A stretch of 64,000 nucleotides of DNA from Dehalococcoidia bacterium (GTDB taxonomy: Bacteria > Chloroflexota > Dehalococcoidia > Plut-88900): NCBI GenBank assembly GCA_965197585.1, contig OZ240215.1:64001-128000 (forward strand), given 5' to 3'. The position numbers were made by a program, and so were the translations under genes. The notes beneath the pieces were generated by a model, which was given only the letters and a program-made list of their open reading frames with translations, ran no database searches and was not told the origin of the DNA. The number at the start of each line of letters is the position of its first letter. Within the stretch, counting starts at the first letter, position 1. This document shows positions 20,971 through 30,793 of the stretch, piece by piece.

Positions 20971-21008
20971 TCGAGCCGCCTCTGCTGCTAGGAAACCGAG
21001 ATTATACC

Positions 21009-23444
21009 CTAAGCCTCGGTTCCGCCAATTGCCCACGTGGGCCCGAGCCGCTCCAGTTCGGCCGCCAATGTCTTGTGCTCGGGCAGTTCCAGGTACGGGT
21101 CCCGACCCATAGCCTGCTCGGCTTCCAGCCTCGCCATTTCCAGTAGAGCGGTGTCGCTCAGTCGAGCCATGCGGAGGTCGGGGAGGCCGCTCTGACGCGT
21201 GCCGAAGAACTCGCCGGGGCCCCGCAGCCGAAGGTCCTCCTCGGCAAGCACGAAGCCATCCAGGGTTCGGGTCATAAGATCGAGACGCTCCCGGGCCTCT
21301 TCTGAAGGCTGATCGGACAGGAGCAGGCAATAGCTCTGGTCGGGGCCCCGACCTACGCGGCCCCGGAACTGGTGCAACTGGGACAATCCGAAACGTTCAG
21401 CGCCCTCTATCATCATCACCGAGGCATTCGGCACGTCGATCCCGACCTCTACAACGGCAGTCGAGACAAGTATGTCCAGTTCGCCCCGGCGAAAGGAGTC
21501 CATTACCTCGTCCTTGTCGGCTGGGTTCATGCGGCCGTGAAGCAATCCAAGGCGAAGTTCCCGAAATACGTCCTCGGACAGCCACTCGTACTCCTTGGTA
21601 GCGGCCCGGGTCTGGAGCGCCTCCGACTCCTCGACCAATGGACAAATGACAAACGCCTGCCGTTCCTTCTGCACCTGCTGTCTAACAAAATCGTAAGCTA
21701 GGTTCCTCTGGTGGGGCTTGACCCACTTGGTCTCTATCGGGAGCCTGCCGGGGGGCATCTCGTCTAGGATAGTCAGGTCAAGATCGCCATACAGGGTGAG
21801 AGCGAGTGTACGAGGGATGGGGGTGGCTGTCATGACCAGGAGGTGAGGGCTCGCTCCCTTCTGTCGGAGGGCGGCGCGCTGCATTACGCCGAAGCGGTGC
21901 TGCTCGTCTACGACGATGAGGGCCAGGTCCCTAAACTCGACCCCCTTCTGGATCAGGGCCTGAGTCCCGACCACTATGTCTATGTGGCCCTCCTCTATCA
22001 TCCTGTGCACTTCCCGCTTGGCCCCCTGCCGGATGTCCCCGATGAGAAGCCCAACCCTGATTGGCCTATCGAAAAACGAGTCGAAGGACTGGACCACTTC
22101 GTTTCCCCAGCCGAGACCTGGCTCCTTGCCCAGCAGCCCGCAAATGGTGCGGAAGTGCTGTTCGGCGAGTATCTCCGTGGGGACCATGATCGCACCCTGG
22201 GCCCCGTTAGCAACGGCCTGGAGTAATGCGCCCGTAGCTACAACGGTTTTCCCACTCCCAACATCTCCCTGGAGAAGGCGCGCCATTGGCCGAGGGCCTT
22301 GCATGTCCCCGGTGACCTGCTCCAGGGCGCTTGACTGGGCGTTGGTCAGGGGAAATGGTAAGGAATCGACGAAGCTTTGCGTGAGGGCGGAGTCTATAGG
22401 AATGGGTCTGGCCTCTTGGCCGAGTTGCCAATCTCGCTTTTTTGTGAGTACGCGCAGCTGAATGAGGAAGAGCTCGTCGAAGGCGAGGCGCGTACGCGCT
22501 CTCTCCTTTGACTCTTCGTCGTCCGGGTAGTGGGCCTGGGTGAGCGCCTCTCGGATGCCGAGTAAGTCTCGGCGGCGCATGAGGTCCTCATGCAGGACTT
22601 CGGACACCTTGCTCAGGGATAGATCGAGGGCTCGGCGGACAAGGCTTCGGACGGACCTCTGGTAAAGGCCGTCGGAGAGCGGGTAGATGGGTACCATGCG
22701 GCCCGTATGAGTGCGGTTATTCTCCGAAATTATTTCATGCTCAGGGTTCTCGAAGACCTTCCGGCCTCGGAATACCTTCACCTTGCCCCCGACTGCGATG
22801 CGCTGGTTCGGCTTAAGGGATCGGGCTAACCAGGTGTTGTTGAACCAGACGGCCTTGATGTTGCCGGTGTCGTCCCCGATGATCACCTCGGTTCCCTGCG
22901 CCCGGGGCCCGAGCCTGACCAGAGAAGCCTCCCAAATGAATCCCGTGGCCGTCTGGTCTTCGCCCGGGACCAGGTTGGCAATGGGGCTGGTGGTACGGAA
23001 GTCGAGGTGCCGGTTGGGGAAGTGATAGATAAGGTCCCTCACCGTCGTCACTCCCAGCTTCGCGAACCTCTTGGCGGTCGCGTCCTGGACTCCCTTGAGG
23101 ACGGTTATCGGAGAGCCGAGTTGCGGAGTCTCCTCTTTGGGAGCGGGCTTTGGTTGACTGGACTTCGCTTTGGCTGCAGGAGTTCTAGCCCTAGCCTTGC
23201 TTGGTGGCCGTTCCGGGGACGGTGTGGGCGACCCCGATAATTTTGCCAGGGTGGCCTCAATCCAACGCTTACGCTCCGACTGTTCCAAGCCTTCGTAGCT
23301 GTCGGGTAGAGAGAACTCACACGGACCGTCTCCGCGCCATTTGTCCAGGAAGGCGTCTAGCCCACCGACAACGGCTTTATCGGTGAAGCCGCGTTGGCGC
23401 TCCAATGCCAATACCTTCTTCAGGGTCTCCAGTCCCTGCTGCAT
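21009..23444 (-). CDS. recG: ATP-dependent DNA helicase RecG
   Basis: LQGDVGSGKT, DEQHRFG, MTATPIPRTL, QLHQFRGRVGRG, DLRLRGPGE. Confidence 0.97.
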   Translation of the reverse strand: MQQGLETLKKVLALERQRGFTDKAVVGGLDAFLDKWRGDGPCEFSLPDSYEGLEQSERKRWIEATLAKLSGSPTPSPERPPSKARARTPAAKAKSSQPKPAPKEETPQLGSPITVLKGVQDATAKRFAKLGVTTVRDLIYHFPNRHLDFRTTSPIANLVPGEDQTATGFIWEASLVRLGPRAQGTEVIIGDDTGNIKAVWFNNTWLARSLKPNQRIAVGGKVKVFRGRKVFENPEHEIISENNRTHTGRMVPIYPLSDGLYQRSVRSLVRRALDLSLSKVSEVLHEDLMRRRDLLGIREALTQAHYPDDEESKERARTRLAFDELFLIQLRVLTKKRDWQLGQEARPIPIDSALTQSFVDSLPFPLTNAQSSALEQVTGDMQGPRPMARLLQGDVGSGKTVVATGALLQAVANGAQGAIMVPTEILAEQHFRTICGLLGKEPGLGWGNEVVQSFDSFFDRPIRVGLLIGDIRQGAKREVHRMIEEGHIDIVVGTQALIQKGVEFRDLALIVVDEQHRFGVMQRAALRQKGASPHLLVMTATPIPRTLALTLYGDLDLTILDEMPPGRLPIETKWVKPHQRNLAYDFVRQQVQKERQAFVICPLVEESEALQTRAATKEYEWLSEDVFRELRLGLLHGRMNPADKDEVMDSFRRGELDILVSTAVVEVGIDVPNASVMMIEGAERFGLSQLHQFRGRVGRGPDQSYCLLLSDQPSEEARERLDLMTRTLDGFVLAEEDLRLRGPGEFFGTRQSGLPDLRMARLSDTALLEMARLEAEQAMGRDPYLELPEHKTLAAELERLGPTWAIGGTEA

Positions 23445-23474
23445 GGTCCGGCTATTGCGCCGTCAAGGACCTCT

Positions 23475-24329
23475 CTAGCCCGTGGTGAATACCAGGCCCA
23501 GCGCACCGGGCCCAATGTGAGTGCCGAGGACCGGGCCGAATCGGGAGAGAACGAGGTTGTCGGGGCTTACGAGAGGTCGCAGGCTCTCCAATACGGACTC
23601 GGCTTCCTGGCGGTTGGTGCTGTAGGCAACTCCCGCCATTGTAATGTCGGACGCACTACTGGCTTCAGTGATGAGCCGGTCGAGCCCCTTTTGCCGGGTG
23701 CGGACGCGGGTGAGTGGGTGGACCTCTCCGCCTCTGACCTCTACGATGGGAATGACTTTGAAGATGGCGAGGGGTCGGAGAGAGTTTCCGAGATAAGCCT
23801 GTACCTTGCCGATCCTGCCACCCTTCGCCAAGTACTCTAAAGTCTCAAGAAGGGCGAAGGTACGGGTCTCCGGCATCATCTTGGACACCAGTTGCTGCAG
23901 GTCTTCCATGGAAGCGCCGTCCCTCGCGGCCCGGGCGGCTGCCATGGCTATGCATCCCAGGCCCATGGACACCTGTAGAGAGTCCACAACCTGAATATTG
24001 CAACTCCCATCCATCTCAGACGCAGCCAACCGGGCCGAGTTGTAGGTCTGGCTCAGCTTGCCTGAGATATGGATCGAGAGTATCTCATCGGTGTCTTTCG
24101 CCACTTCCTTGTAGGCCTCGGCGAAAGCGCCTGCGGAGGGCTGGGAAGTAGTTGGCAGCTTGTCTGATGCTATGAGCTTTTTGTAGAACTCGTCAGTGCT
24201 CAGGTCGACTCCGTCCCTGTACCCCGTATCGCCGAAATTAACGGTCAGGGGCACGACGGTGATGTCCAAATCCCGGCAGATCTCAGGCGGGAGGTCGGAG
24301 GTGCTGTCGGTAACGATTCTTACGCTCAT
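23475..24329 (-). CDS. DegV/FakB fatty acid-binding protein
   Basis: VTDSTSDL, PTTSQPS, ISGKLSQTY, GGRIG, GTHIGPG. Confidence 0.92.
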   Translation of the reverse strand: MSVRIVTDSTSDLPPEICRDLDITVVPLTVNFGDTGYRDGVDLSTDEFYKKLIASDKLPTTSQPSAGAFAEAYKEVAKDTDEILSIHISGKLSQTYNSARLAASEMDGSCNIQVVDSLQVSMGLGCIAMAAARAARDGASMEDLQQLVSKMMPETRTFALLETLEYLAKGGRIGKVQAYLGNSLRPLAIFKVIPIVEVRGGEVHPLTRVRTRQKGLDRLITEASSASDITMAGVAYSTNRQEAESVLESLRPLVSPDNLVLSRFGPVLGTHIGPGALGLVFTTG

Positions 24330-24382
24330 TTTCTACCCTGCCCTTGATTTATTGGAACCAAGGGAAAGCCTCGCTTCCCCTG

Positions 24383-26032
24383 CTATTCCAGCGAAACAAT
24401 GAACTGGTAGTGGGGTTGTCCCCCATACATCATGTCCACTTCCAGGAAAGATGCGGCCTCTTCGAAGGCCATTACTAGCCGGGCCTGCTGGTCTTCCGTA
24501 ACGCCTTCACCGCAGTATACGGTGGCCAGGGAGAGGTCCATCGACTCTAACCTCGTCGCAAGCATGCGGACCACGTCTTCCGGCTCGGGGCACGCTACAG
24601 TCAGTTCCCCGTCAAGAATGCCGATTGCGTCTCCCTTGCGGACGGGGATGCCGTCGACGGAGGTGGACCTTACGGCACGGGAAATCTCCAGCGAGTATAC
24701 ACCGTCCAGCGCCTGCTGCATCGACTCCACGTTGTCATCCAAAGGCTCGGTGACGTTAAACGCGAGGACCCCCGCGACCCCCTGAGGGACGTTGGTTGTG
24801 GGTACTACCTCAACTTGCTTGGAAGACACCTCTGCGGCTTTGCGTGCGGTCAGCACTACATTCTTGTTGTTAGGCAGCACTATGACTGACTCCGCATGTA
24901 GAGACTCGACTGCCTCAAGTATCTGCCCGACACTCGGGTTCATCGATTGCCCACCCGGCACAAAGGCCCCAACGCCCAGGCTGGAAAATACTTCCTCAAT
25001 CCCGGGCCCAGGTACTACGGCAACAATTCCAATGTCCGGTGCTATCTCCTTTGAAGGGGCCCGAAGCCAATCGGCGTGCTGCTCGTCCATGTCCTGAACG
25101 CTTACCTGGGACACCTCCCCGAAGGCCATGCACAGCTCTACCACCTCATCTGGGGCGAAGCTGTGTGTGTGGACGCGGACCAGTTCTCGTTCTCCCACCA
25201 CCACGGTCGACTGGCCTACCCTGCCGACCGCCGCCCTGATTTGCGCCGAGTCCAGCCCCTGACCCCGAATAATGAACTGTGTGCAGTTGCCGTAGACCTG
25301 CTCCGTGGGTGCACTGCTCGCCACTACAGACACCCTGGCTATTGCATCCCCATTCAGGGCGGCGGGCGCTTCCCCCAGGGGTTGGTTGGTGAGGCCTTTC
25401 AATGCTCCTTCCAGGATAAGGAACACTCCCTGGCCGCCGGCATCGACGACACCGGCCTCCTTGAGTACGGGAAGTAGGTCGGGGGTGCGCAGAACGGAAG
25501 CCTCGGCCTCCCGGACTGCGTCGCCGAGCACGTCTTCGAGATTGCTGCCCGCGTTGGCAGCGGTCTCCGCTGCCCGCGCCGTATCCTTGATAACCGTCAA
25601 CATAGTCCCCTCGACCGGGCTCTCGACGCCCTTGTACGCGGACTCGGTTGCCAACGCAAGGCTGCGGGCAAGAGTCTGCCCGTCCAGCTCGCCGGCCCCG
25701 TCGATCCCATCGGCGAAGCCTCGGAGAATCTGGGACAATATAACCCCGCTGTTGCCCCGGGCCTCCATAAGGGCGCCCCAGGCGAGGGCGCGGGCCTGGG
25801 GGCCGAGGGTGGGGTCGGGGCACTCCTCGGCGGCCTTGTAGGCTGCCCGAAGGGTAAAGAGCATGTTAGTGCCTGTGTCGCCGTCGGGGACTGGAAAGAC
25901 GTTCAGAGAGTCGACGTAAGGTGCGTTAGCCGCAAGCCAGCGCGTTGCGGCATCAAACATCCTGAGGAGAGGGGATGCGTCGTCCACGCCTGAGTCTCGG
26001 CGGGCGCTTTTGGTCTTATTGGAGGAGGTCAT
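24383..26032 (-). CDS. DAK2-domain fatty acid kinase subunit (FakA/YloV-like)
   Basis: LNVFPVPDGDTGTNM, ARGNSGVILSQ, VVDAGG, GGQSMNPS; start uncertain (26032 or 26074). Confidence 0.92.
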   Translation of the reverse strand: MTSSNKTKSARRDSGVDDASPLLRMFDAATRWLAANAPYVDSLNVFPVPDGDTGTNMLFTLRAAYKAAEECPDPTLGPQARALAWGALMEARGNSGVILSQILRGFADGIDGAGELDGQTLARSLALATESAYKGVESPVEGTMLTVIKDTARAAETAANAGSNLEDVLGDAVREAEASVLRTPDLLPVLKEAGVVDAGGQGVFLILEGALKGLTNQPLGEAPAALNGDAIARVSVVASSAPTEQVYGNCTQFIIRGQGLDSAQIRAAVGRVGQSTVVVGERELVRVHTHSFAPDEVVELCMAFGEVSQVSVQDMDEQHADWLRAPSKEIAPDIGIVAVVPGPGIEEVFSSLGVGAFVPGGQSMNPSVGQILEAVESLHAESVIVLPNNKNVVLTARKAAEVSSKQVEVVPTTNVPQGVAGVLAFNVTEPLDDNVESMQQALDGVYSLEISRAVRSTSVDGIPVRKGDAIGILDGELTVACPEPEDVVRMLATRLESMDLSLATVYCGEGVTEDQQARLVMAFEEAASFLEVDMMYGGQPHYQFIVSLE

Positions 26033-26120
26033 CTGCGCTTGGGCAAGGGCTTTCAGATTGAAAATCTGGGACATTTATGCTAACGTGATGGGTACTGATT
26101 CTACACTAAAGGCGATTAAA

Positions 26121-26306
26121 TTGGCGAAGTGCGAAATATGTAACAAGATTCCCCGCTTCGGCAGGAACGTAAGCCACTCCAAAAGGCACACGCCCCGGAT
26201 GTACAGGCCGAACGTTCACCCCGTGCGGCTGATGATAAATGGCAAGCGGCAGCGGATGAAGGTCTGCACCCGTTGCCTCAGGACCCAGTACAAGCAAGCA
26301 TCTTGA
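26121..26306 (+). CDS. rpmB: 50S ribosomal protein L28 (zinc-binding CxxC/CxxC form)
   Basis: AKCEICNK..FGRNVSHSKRHTPR...PN...VCTRCLR; TTG start; divergent from DAK2 gene as usual. Confidence 0.93.
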   Translation: MAKCEICNKIPRFGRNVSHSKRHTPRMYRPNVHPVRLMINGKRQRMKVCTRCLRTQYKQAS

Positions 26307-27061
26307 CTTTGTCTGCCCTCCTCCGCCGACGCACGGTTGCGCCTGCTGTGGCGTTGTTCTTCTGCGCGCTTGTCGTTGGAGCTGCTTGGGCCTGCGGCGG
26401 ATCAACCGATTCTCCCGACCCCACTGCCACCCAGGCCCCGTCTGCCACCACCGCGCCGGATGCCGACCCTGACCCCACATCCGAGCCCGCTGCCACACCG
26501 ACTGCCTTATCGGTGATCACTCTTGACCCTGATGGCAGGGGATGGAATGTCCTCGGCTCGGCGGACGCGTCAGTCACCGTCCTGGACTATAGTGACTTCC
26601 AATGACCCGGCTGTAGGCGCTGGGCCCTTGGAACGGCCCAGGAGATCAAATCGACCTACGTGGACGACGGCAGGGTCAAGGTGGAATACCGCCATTACGC
26701 CGTCCTGGGTCCCGAATCGCGCCTGATGGCTCAAGGCACCGAGTGTGCGGGTGAGCAGGGTGAATTCTGGAAATATCACGACGCGATATTCCAGGAGCGG
26801 ACCAGGGAGATAGGCGTCCAGGGGCAAATAGCTCGTGCCAATACCATCGGCTTGGACATTCCCAAGTTCACCGCCTGCATGGAAAACGAGACCTATGAGC
26901 ACATTGTCGACGGGGACTTGGCTCAGGCTCGAGAGGATGGCGTAACCACCCAGCCCACCATCTTCATCCTGAGCGGCGACCAGATGACGAAGTTCGTCGG
27001 GGCACGCGCCTTCGACGTGGTTTCCGCAGTCATAGACGAATACCTGGGCTCCGCGTACTAG
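26303..27061 (+). CDS. DsbA/BdbD-like thioredoxin-fold lipoprotein, putative selenoprotein (UPGC; TGA at 26603-26605)
   Basis: AWAC lipobox, PT linker, LGSADASVTVLDYSDFQ-TGA-PGC continues in frame into ECAGEQGEFWKYHDAIF...GVTTQPTIF; downstream hairpin; TTG start overlapping rpmB stop is inferred. Confidence 0.85.
26620..26641 (+). promoter_or_regulatory. Putative SECIS hairpin 1
   Basis: CTGGGCC-CTTGGAAC-GGCCCAG, loop starts 22 nt after TGA. Confidence 0.7.
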
Positions 27062-27099
27062 TGACCCGAGCGCCAATGCTGGGACACGGGTCTTCTCAA

Positions 27100-28629
27100 A
27101 TGTCCATTCTCCCCCGACGCCTGACATTCACCCGACTTGGCATCCTCCTATTTTGTGTAACCGTCCTTGCTATGGTTTCATGGGCCTGCTCGTCGAGCCC
27201 TGAGATAGTTGATCCTACATCTACCGGCGCGCCGGTCCCCACTAACACCCTCGTCCCTCCATCGACTTCAGCTCCCTCCGACGCTCCTCCCACCGACACC
27301 CCTCCACCCGATTCTACGCCGGGCGCACCTCCAACGACCCGGGACTGGAATGTCCTCGGGTCGCCGGACGCCTCCGTGTCCATCGCCGATTTCGGCGACT
27401 TCCTCTGACCCGGTTGCAAGCATTGGGCCCGTGGTGCGGCCCTCGAAGTGAAGAAAGCCTACATCGAGACTGGGTTGGTGAACCTGAACTACTTCCATTT
27501 CCCTCATATCAACGATGATTCTTACTTGGCGGCCCACGCCACCGAGTGTGCGGGAGAACAGGGCTCTTTCTGGCAGTACCATGACACTCTTTACGAAAAA
27601 CAGGGCGAGGGCGGCAGAGGGGTGGAAAGACTCGAAGGGTTCGCCGAAGACCTTGGCCTCGACACGGGACGCTTCTCGGCTTGCATGGAAGCCAGAACCT
27701 ACGACGGCGTTATTCAAAGAGACATAAATCTGGCCCTGCGGAACGAAGTCTCGGTCACCCCCACCATCTTCGTCCTGTCCACCGACCCCAACCAAACTGG
27801 AACAAAATTCGACGGTTCGCCTTCCTTCGAAACCATTTCCGCAGTAATTGATGAGTTGCTGATGACGCAGCAACCGGCCCCTGCCCCAACACCCACCGTA
27901 ACCCTAGTCCCGACATCCACTTCCGCCCCTGCTCCCGTTGCAAGTTCCACGCCTGCTCCGACGCCTACGGCGGCATCTTTGGCGCCATCCCCAACACCAA
28001 TAGTCAGTCCCGTCCCTACACCTGCCCCGACTCCCTCTCCCACCCCCGTCCCAACTGCAGTCCCGACACCCTCTCCAACTCCCAATCCAACCGCCACGTC
28101 TGTGCCGGAACCCGTCGGCAGAGTATGGAATGTTCTAGGTTCCCTGGATGCGCCCGTCACATTGGAGGAATTCAGCGACTTTCAATGAGGCGTTTGCAGG
28201 AATTGGGCCCTTGGACCGGCCCAGGAGATAAAGCGACAATACATAGACCAAGGTCAGGTAAAGCTGGTGCTCCGCCACCGGACCACTTTCGGTCCCGCCT
28301 CGAGAATCATGTCCTTGGGAACGGAGTGCGCCGGTGAGCAAGATAAGTTTTGGGAGTTTCATGACGCCCGAATTCGAAGCGGCTCCGGGAGCGTCCAAGG
28401 CCAGATCAGCTTGGCACAGACTCTGGGTCTGAACGTGCCCCAATTTACCGCTTGCATGGAAGAGCAGAGGTACCAGAAATTCTTGGAAGAAGACCGAGCC
28501 GCCGCTCAAGCCAACGGCATCTTCACTCAGCCCGCCTTCATCATTAGTAGTGGTGGACAGTCAATCAAGCGGATTGGATCGCTGACCGCTGGACAGCTCG
28601 GGCCGATAATCGACGAATTGCTAAACTAG
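27100..28629 (+). CDS. Tandem two-domain DsbA/BdbD-like lipoprotein with two putative selenocysteines (UPGC at 27406-27408, UGVC at 28186-28188)
   Basis: ORFs 27061..27408, 27448..28188 and 28267..28629 share one frame; both TGAs occupy the first Cys position of CxxC; SWAC lipobox; PT linkers; start 27061 or 27100. Confidence 0.85.
27425..27442 (+). promoter_or_regulatory. Putative SECIS hairpin 2
   Basis: GGGCC-CGTGGTGC-GGCCC, loop starts 22 nt after TGA. Confidence 0.65.
28204..28223 (+). promoter_or_regulatory. Putative SECIS hairpin 3
   Basis: TGGGCC-CTTGGACC-GGCCCA, loop starts 22 nt after TGA. Confidence 0.7.
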
Positions 28630-28634
28630 GCAGT

Positions 28635-29312
28635 CTAAGCCTGCCCGAGGCTCTCCCGAATTCTGGCAATTGACCCGGCCACCGTGTCCCGATCGTTAAA
28701 CACCGCCGACCCAGCCACAAGCACCCTCGCCCCGGCCTCCACAGCCTTCGACGCCGTCTCTGCATTGATGCCACCGTCCACCTCCAACTCCGCCCCCGAC
28801 CCCGCCTCATCCAGCATCTGCCGCACCTTTGCTATCTTGCTCGTCACGCTGTGAATGTACTTCTGCCCCCCGAAACCCGGATTCACCGTCATCACCAGTA
28901 CTAGGTCAACATCCCCTATCACTGGCTCGAGCGCGGAAGCAGGAGTCCCGGGGTTGAGCGATATCCCTGCTTTCACGCCCAGGTCCTTGATCTGATAGAT
29001 CACCCTGTGCAGATGGCGGCAAGCCTCCGGGTGGACGGTGAGTATGTTTGCGCCCGCCTTGGCGAAGTCGGGGATCAACCTATCCGGCTCTTCTATCATC
29101 AGGTGAACGTCCAGGGGCAGTTCGGTCCATGGCCGAATCCCCGATACGATGATCGGCCCGATCGTGAGATTGGGCACGAAGTGGCCGTCCATGATGTCGA
29201 CGTGAATGTAGTCGGCCCCCGACTCCGACGCCTCGGCAACCTGCTCGCCTAGGCGCCCAAAGTCTGCAGATAGAATAGAAGGTGAGATTTTTATCTCGGG
29301 GGAATCAGGCAT
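28635..29312 (-). CDS. rpe: Ribulose-phosphate 3-epimerase
   Basis: SPSILSADF, HVDIMDGHFVPN, DVHLM, MTVNPGFGGQ, VDGGI. Confidence 0.97.
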   Translation of the reverse strand: MPDSPEIKISPSILSADFGRLGEQVAEASESGADYIHVDIMDGHFVPNLTIGPIIVSGIRPWTELPLDVHLMIEEPDRLIPDFAKAGANILTVHPEACRHLHRVIYQIKDLGVKAGISLNPGTPASALEPVIGDVDLVLVMTVNPGFGGQKYIHSVTSKIAKVRQMLDEAGSGAELEVDGGINAETASKAVEAGARVLVAGSAVFNDRDTVAGSIARIRESLGQA

Positions 29313-29313
29313 G

Positions 29314-30663
29314 TTAAGACCTCAGTGCCTCGCGGGCCTGCAATAGCGCTTCTTTCACCCTATCGGGTGCCGTGCCACCCTGGCTGGCCCGAGCCGCTAG
29401 GGACGATTCCACGGTAATTGCGAAGGCATCCTCATCGAATAGAGAAGAAAAGCGCCGGTATTCCTCCAGGCTCAGCTCGTTGAGGGCCGTGCTCTTCTCG
29501 GCGGCATAGATGACAAGAGATTTGGTAGCTCCGTGTGCCTCCCGGAAAGGCAGCCCCTTCGCCACGAGGTAGTCCGCGAGGTCCGTGGCTAGTATTCCTG
29601 AATAAACACCGGCCTCCGCAGCCCTCCGCGTCCTCTCTCGGTTGATGGTCATGGTCTCGACCATCCCCGCAAATGCATCCAGTGTCGAGTTCAGGGTGTC
29701 CACGGTGTCGAACAGGCCCTCCTTGTCCTCTTGCATGTCCTTATTGTAGGCGAGTGGCAGGGCCTTTAGGGTAGTGAGCAGGGCCATCAGGTTCCCGTAG
29801 ACCCGACCCGTCTTTCCCCGGCCTAGCTCGGCCACGTCCGGGTTTCGCTTCTGGGGCATTATGCTGCTTCCCGTCGTGTATTCGGGGGTGAGGGAGGCGA
29901 ACCCGAACTCCTCGGAGGTCCAGAGTATCATCTCCTCGGCCAGGCGGGAGAGGTGCATCATGACGATAGCCGCCGCTGCATGGAACTCCACGAGGAAGTC
30001 CCGGTCGGAGACGGCATCCATACTGTTTCGAGCCACGCCATCGAACCCCAGTTCCCTTGCCACGAACTCCCGGTCAATCGGGTAGGTGACGCCCGCCAGC
30101 GCCCCCGCCCCTAGGGGTAATACGTTCACGCGTCGGCGGCAGTCCTTGAATCGTGCAATGTCCCGCTGCGCCATCTCAAAGTAGGCGAGCAGGTGATGTG
30201 CGACAAGAACGGGCTGGGCGCGTTGCAGGTGCGTGTAGCCGGGCATGATCGCGTCGGCGTTGGCCTCGGCTTGCGAGAGAAGAGCGTTCTGAAACGAGCG
30301 AATCCCCGCTATGGCGTCGTCGATGGCTTCCCTCAGGAACAGACGTACATCCAGGGCTACTTGGTCGTTACGGGAACGGGCGGTGTGAAGCCTGCCTGCC
30401 GGTTCCCCGATGAGCTCGGCCAGCCGGGTCTCGACGTTCATGTGAATGTCTTCCAGCTCTTCCCGAAAGGGGAAGAGCCCTGACTCTATCTCGACCTGTA
30501 TCGCATCGAGGCCCTCACAAATAGCCTCGACTTCCGACTCAGGCACAATCCCCTGCCGCCCGAGCATCCGCGCATGCGCCTTTGACCCGGCGATATCGTG
30601 CTTATAAAGCCTCTGATCGAAGGCTATGGATGTGGTGTAGGGGTGGGGGATGGGAGAGGACAT
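29314..30663 (-). CDS. argH: Argininosuccinate lyase
   Basis: EDIH, HTARSRNDQVA, MPGYTHLQRAQP, GSSIMPQKRNPD; start uncertain. Confidence 0.96.
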   Translation of the reverse strand: MSSPIPHPYTTSIAFDQRLYKHDIAGSKAHARMLGRQGIVPESEVEAICEGLDAIQVEIESGLFPFREELEDIHMNVETRLAELIGEPAGRLHTARSRNDQVALDVRLFLREAIDDAIAGIRSFQNALLSQAEANADAIMPGYTHLQRAQPVLVAHHLLAYFEMAQRDIARFKDCRRRVNVLPLGAGALAGVTYPIDREFVARELGFDGVARNSMDAVSDRDFLVEFHAAAAIVMMHLSRLAEEMILWTSEEFGFASLTPEYTTGSSIMPQKRNPDVAELGRGKTGRVYGNLMALLTTLKALPLAYNKDMQEDKEGLFDTVDTLNSTLDAFAGMVETMTINRERTRRAAEAGVYSGILATDLADYLVAKGLPFREAHGATKSLVIYAAEKSTALNELSLEEYRRFSSLFDEDAFAITVESSLAARASQGGTAPDRVKEALLQAREALRS

Positions 30664-30793
30664 GCCTATCTGCAAAGGTTTGGAAGGTATGTCATTTTCG
30701 TTGTCATCCTACAAATTTTGGGTAGTTTATCCAGACTTTAGGGACTTATATATCTGTGAGCACAAGAAAAGTCTCTAGAGCACGAAAGAATGA

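Noticed and set aside
20971-21330. N-terminal extension of ArgS in the ORF track
   Set aside because: Overlaps the recG 3' end in another frame; ArgS homology begins at MTIRDK and a TATAAT lies at 21001-21006
26273-28629. DsbA fragments as pseudogenes
   Set aside because: All three stops are TGA at the identical catalytic codon with conserved downstream hairpins, which fits Sec recoding far better
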